Source of the DNA: Eledone cirrhosa
Lineage: Eukaryota
Assembly (NCBI GenBank): GCA_964016885.1
Contig: OZ024742.1
Coordinates: forward strand, 352,966,001-353,030,000
DNA: 64,000 bases
Direction of reading: 5' to 3'
Shown here: positions 58,442 through 64,000 of the stretch, one piece after another
How the letters are laid out: every line of letters starts with the position of its first letter
Numbering within the stretch: the first letter of the stretch is position 1
Notes under the pieces: generated by a model
The model's database searches: none
What the model was told of the DNA's origin: nothing
The model's input: the letters and a program-made list of their open reading frames with translations, nothing else
Program-made: the position numbers and the translations under genes

Positions 58442-59317
58442 GCAACATACAACAACATAAGCATAAGAAACAAAATTACCAACAAAAACAAAAACTGGAG
58501 GAAAGTGGAAAAGGAGAATGTGTGGATGCATCGAGTGTCCGCAAATTAGACTTTAAGATGAAATAAATATAATGGCTATCTACTCAATGGAAGAATTGTA
58601 ATTTTGCAATTAGAAACAGTTTTGTTAATATGTTCATCTATATTATTAGCAGCGCCACTGAAGTGAATTTGTATGAAATGAGAAATATGGATTAATTATA
58701 GATTAGTTTTGACTTATAAGTAGAATTACCGCAATGTTCATTATGAAAGTATTAGTTTCTAATTGAATAAACAGGCATACACTGTGGAGAGACCAACAAT
58801 GAAACTTAATCTGTGTCTATTGTTCTTTTTGTCTTTCTAAATGATAGCATTCAGTAATTAAACAAAATATCTCCAGTTTTAATTCATATATGTTAAGGAG
58901 GACTAATAATTCTATAAATACCAAATTAACACAGCTCGCCATAAATAGTCTTCACATATGAATACATTACTTTACCATGATACAGGACAATAGTTTGTGG
59001 CGCTTTTCACTAAGGTATTATCGGCGTTTGTATTCATTTTACCGAAATACGAAGACACATTTTCAAAGAATTCACCGAAACGAATTTATTTCATACTAAC
59101 ATCATCATTATATACACACACTAGAATATGTTCCTAAATACACATATATATATATCGTATTAGTTATACTATTTATGGTTATGTAAACACAAAACCTTAA
59201 GCAGTTGTAAGTATTTTACACACACCCTAAATAGTGGTAGGCAGTAATGTATTACTACCTTATTACCAGTAAGTTAAGTAGCTCAATGTAAAAACATCAG
59301 ATGATTTACAGAGCAGT

Positions 59318-60605
59318 TATATGAAATATATGAATCAAAGAACTGTTCAAAACATTATTGTGCTTACAGCTGTTTCCTCCAAACCGAGGTTTGGATTCTT
59401 CGGAGCAATTTATTAATGCATGGACAGTTATATGACCTCCTTTTCAGCCGAGAGACATACCAATACATATTCAAACATTGATACATATTCAAACATTGTG
59501 GGTCAACATTCATTACAGAATTTAGAGTGGCAGTACACACTTCGAGATTACATTTATATTAATAGGTACAATCAAAAAAATCAAAGATATAGGTTAAAGT
59601 ACAACATGAAGATAAGTGGTTATATAGTGCAAATGTTATATGTGTGGCACGCATGTGCGTCTTGTTTATATAGTGTGGCAGAGAGATATGTGTGGTAGAG
59701 GCACTTAGGTAGGTAAATAAGAGTGTTAGGTTGGTAGATCTGGTGGCAAAGTCTTTATATGATTGATATAGTCTGTGTGTGGAGAAATATTATAAGCATT
59801 AAAGATAGTGCAAGCATTAAAAGTGTTATAAGTATTGGAGATGCACAGCGCAGGGATGTCAAGTAATTCATGTACTTCGGTATTTTCATGGTCAAGGGAG
59901 TGTATATTTCGATTATATGCCTTTCACATAATCCACGACAATCCAGTTAGAGATCGTAGTCTGGTACGATCTCTAACTGGATTGTCGTGGATTATGTGAA
60001 AGGCATATAATCGAAATATACACTCCCTTGACCATGAAAATACCGAAGTACATGAATTACTTGACATCCCTGCGCTGTGCATCTCCAATACTTATAACAC
60101 TTTTAATGCTTGCACTATCTTTAATGCTTATAATATTTCTCCACACACAGACTATATCAATCATATAAAGACTTTGCCACCAGATCTACCAACCTAACAC
60201 TCTTATTTACCTACCTAAGTGCCTCTACCACACATATCTCTCTGCCACACTATATAAACAAGACGCACATGCGTGCCACACATATAACATTTGCACTATA
60301 TAACCACTTATCTTCATGTTGTACTTTAACCTATATCTTTGATTTTTTTGATTGTACCTATTAATATAAATGTAATCTCGAAGTGTGTACTGCCACTCTA
60401 AATTCTGTAATGAATGTTGACCCACAATGTTTGAATATGTATCAATGTTTGAATATGTATTGGTATGTCTCTCGGCTGAAAAGGAGGTCATATAACTGTC
60501 CATGCATTAATAAATTGCTCCGAAGAATCCAAACCTCGGTTTGGAGGAAACAGCTGTAAGCACAATAATGTTTTGAACAGTTCTTTGATTCATATATTTC
60601 ATATA
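59318..60605. repeat. Long palindrome: 641-bp arms (59318-59958 / 59965-60605), 6-nt spacer gtctgg
   Basis: Identical mirror ORFs 59420-59698(+) and 60225-60503(-). Mirror coordinates sum to 119923 wherever checked. Confidence 0.95.
60516..60562 (+). ncRNA. Minimal hammerhead ribozyme (CCGAAGA core, palindromic CAGCTG); mirror copy 59361-59407(-)
   Basis: tgct-CCGAAGA-a-tccaaacc-tc-ggtttgga-g-GAAA-cagctg-TA-agca. Confidence 0.7.
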
Positions 60606-63147
60606 TATATATCTTTATTTTCATGTTTCTGGAATTGCTAAAATTCGAATCCATCGCCTCATGCTACTACACTGAATATGTGTTGTTTGAAGAAAACAAT
60701 CGTTAGGATCCGCTCTAGATAACATTTCAATTCGCTTGGCAGTAGTTTGTTTTCGCTTATTCTGAAATATATTTGATAAGATGTGTGTGTATATTAGTAT
60801 GTCGACAATTTGGTACTGAGTACTGGTATTTATCTCTTGGTTTACGGTTATATATTTCCTAAAATCCTTATTTATTTAATGTCATTTTCAAAATCGTATG
60901 AGTTAAGGCTGTTTATTGTCCATTATCATAAAATCTCGTTCAGTATAGTGAGGAAACCTCAGTTTCACTTGTTTACTGTAACTGACAAGTTACAGAGCAC
61001 GACTTCAGTCAAAAGGTATTATGTCTAATAATATTACAGATGGCGATTCCATATTATACTACATATATTTCCCACCTGCATAAACAATCGCGTCTAATAA
61101 ATCTAAATTACCTATTTAACAAACAAAAGCTTGCATCTGATATTACCAGGTATTATGCCACCTCCTTAATACAAGCAGAAATAGACCCTAGTATCATTGG
61201 AGAATGCAGCCCCATTAATTAATCTTAAACTTTCCTAGAAAGATATCTGAAATACGAGCATGTCTTTGTTTTGGATAATTTATATAATTTTCCGACTTGT
61301 GAGAAATATCGAAATCAATATTTATATATATGTATGTAAACCTAATAATAAAAATAATAATAAGAAAAACATGGCAAAGTATATGGAAGAAATATATTAG
61401 TTATATACTTTCAATAGCTAAGTGATAACAGAGGACGACTAGTAAATATTGACTTGCGGATTAAATGTAAATATGCCCTTGTGTTTACAACTTATAGGAA
61501 CGACTTTATAAATATGCCGAATGACAGACAAATATACGTTAAAATATAGGTTAAAATAGATAAACAGATATAAATATACGACGGTGTAAATACATAAAGA
61601 GATATACATATATATGAATGTATGCGTGTGTTGCCATGTCTCCATGTATGCGTGTATTGACATGTACAAAAATATATATGTAATGATTATATGTAACATA
61701 TAAACTCAATTGCTTTAACCTGAACATAATTATATCTAGAAGTCTAAACTAACCACTAGCCCGATCAAACATAATGCCTTAACCAAAACTCTAAATCTCT
61801 CTCGAGGAAAAGTAAATATTATAAACATCCTCGGAAGTCATGGCAAGAGCTTCCCGAACAAACCATTACCCATATGCTACACATGTTTTAGTGAAGGGCG
61901 TCGTCAGGCACCAGGCGTCGTATAATAGTCTACCGTGACTACGGTCCCAATATGTTATATGCATACGTCTACGTTTTGGGGTCATATTCTCTTGAACTGG
62001 TGACAACCATTTTACAAATTAACATTAAATTAATTTTAAAATTCATATATCATCTTATGAATATAAGACAGTTTAGAAACCAGGCTCTTGAAAATATCTG
62101 TACGGTTAAAGATGGGAAATGTTTTCACTAGTTCTTCATTGAGTATTTTGCATAATATATCCTTAACAGCACAATCTTTACCCTTAAGAATTTCGTGAAA
62201 TATTAAATGTATTTTTATGGAAAGATATTCCCTCTAAGTCAATAATGTATTATATAACAGTTTTCGATATTATATTAGTGAAACACATTGGCTAAGGAAA
62301 ACTCAAAATTCATTCTATCTTTCGGGCCCCCACGAGACAAAAATCTTGTGTCCATTTAACGTTTCATATGAAAGAGACCGCAGTTCTTTTACTGAACATT
62401 TACAGCTGATATATTCGAATTCATTGAAATGTATTAATATTCCCAGCATGAAATAAATTAATTTCTTCCAGATTTATTTTTCAACATAAAACGTATAACG
62501 AAAAGAGGTACCGGAATTCTCAGAAATATATTCATAGAATTGCATTAATTAACTAGGTCTATATGTTTTTTTCTGTTTTATCCTATTACATTTTTAATCA
62601 ATATTTCTTAATACAATAATTTTCCCATTCAACCCAGCATCCATTAAATTTATAGCTTGAAACGCGTATAAATATTGATTCATATTTTAGATTCCAAAGT
62701 ATTGCCTTCAAGTACTGGATAATCAAAACTGATTTATTTTGCGAGTCTATATGACTTATACCATTGCTATGGATATATGATATATAAAACAGTACACATA
62801 ATGGTGGAAAGGCTTAAATTATGCAGAAGACAATCTTACTCCTGATGTAAAATACTTGTTTCCGTAATAGTTAGGAGGAATATATTTAAATGCTCTCCAT
62901 AAATATTGCACATTCTGAAGAGAAATGATTTATCTGATAAACTAGCAATTTTTCTGATCCTATAATTTGGAATACTTGAGTCATTCGATACATCGTATCT
63001 CTCATAATTTTCAACATAAGGAGAATAATCGGTTTCTTTTTTGACTTCAGCATCTTTATTGTCACTCATTCTCCGAAAAGTAATAGTAGAAGCAGCATTA
63101 GCATTAGCAACAGCAGCAACACCAGCAGCAGCATCAAGAACAGCATC

Positions 63148-63192
<45 letters not shown>

Positions 63193-64000
63193 TGTTGTAG
63201 TTGTTATATAATTATATTCGAAACATATGATGTGAATGTACGGATGGCTTACGAGAAAATTAAAATTATTGGCAATATTCTTTGAGATGAATAAGGAAAG
63301 CAAAGAGAAACTAATTATAATTGGCGGTAACTCGCAAAATAAAGAGAAGGACATTTCAGGAAATGTGATATGTGTTTGAAAAACCTCTTTTAATTTTCTT
63401 GCATATATGTACCGTTTGAAATTTTACCATCGCAATTATCAAAATGTCAAAGTCAAGTTAAGTTTGTAATGCTGAATATATGACGGTTTTAAGCGCATAG
63501 ATACATGGCCCTGTGTCTTGTATAATCGCCCAACCCCATTTAATCATTTTTCAGATGTTTTCATCACACCCGCTCTTATTTCATCACCCGTTTATAAAAT
63601 GATACCCACCAATCTCCTGTGAAATTTTATTTTAAGTGGTAGCAATCCTGTGATAATCTTAGAGACTAAAATATATTATACATGACGAAAATGAACAACA
63701 AAACATTACTTTAAATTCCATACGTTATAAAATAAATAGGAGGGGTTAGGGTCTCAATTTGTCAATTAAACGACTAATTATGTATGTTAAAAATCAACGG
63801 TGACAACCTAGAAACATTACCGATTTTGAACACCCCGCTCACTTATCCGCTGTCCCTTATTGTTTTAGACGTGATGGTAGTTTGAGTGGTAGTATTTGGC
63901 TCATTGGTTACGGTGTTCATCTCCATATCGAAGGATCGTGAGTTTTACACTTTGGGCAAAGTTCTGAACGTAAACCTTCAAATTTATTTCAAGCCTCTCT

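Noticed and set aside
59420-60503. Duplicated 92-aa ORF as a gene pair
   Set aside because: A by-product of the palindrome. No recognisable domain, and the frame is not conserved in the related repeat at ~2200-2500.

Overview
Eukaryotic, AT-rich, microsatellite-dense intergenic or intronic DNA. It is most likely from an octopus or other cephalopod, inferred from the SINE family and repeat landscape. No intact host gene is recognisable, and most short ORFs are microsatellite artefacts. The window is a graveyard of retroelements. It holds at least six Penelope-like element (PLE) remnants (RT and/or GIY-YIG, with inverted or tandem pseudo-LTRs), two Tx1-like LINEs, a young R4/Dong-like RT-RLE element plus a 5'-truncated and an old copy, and an RTE-like remnant. 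It also holds a small non-autonomous LTR element, tRNA-derived SINEs and a Helitron helicase scrap. The main unannotated signal, read by eye, is RNA structure. About 20 hammerhead-ribozyme (HHR)-like motifs from roughly ten sequence-unrelated families are present, some canonical and many decayed. Several sit inside short non-coding units of about 300-535 bp with terminal direct repeats (retrozyme-like). Several sit in fold-back palindromes, including an apparently perfect one with 641-bp arms. A 25-bp x ~45 tandem array is built from a PLE's own GIY-YIG coding sequence. Element boundaries are approximate. All folds were derived by hand, not computed.
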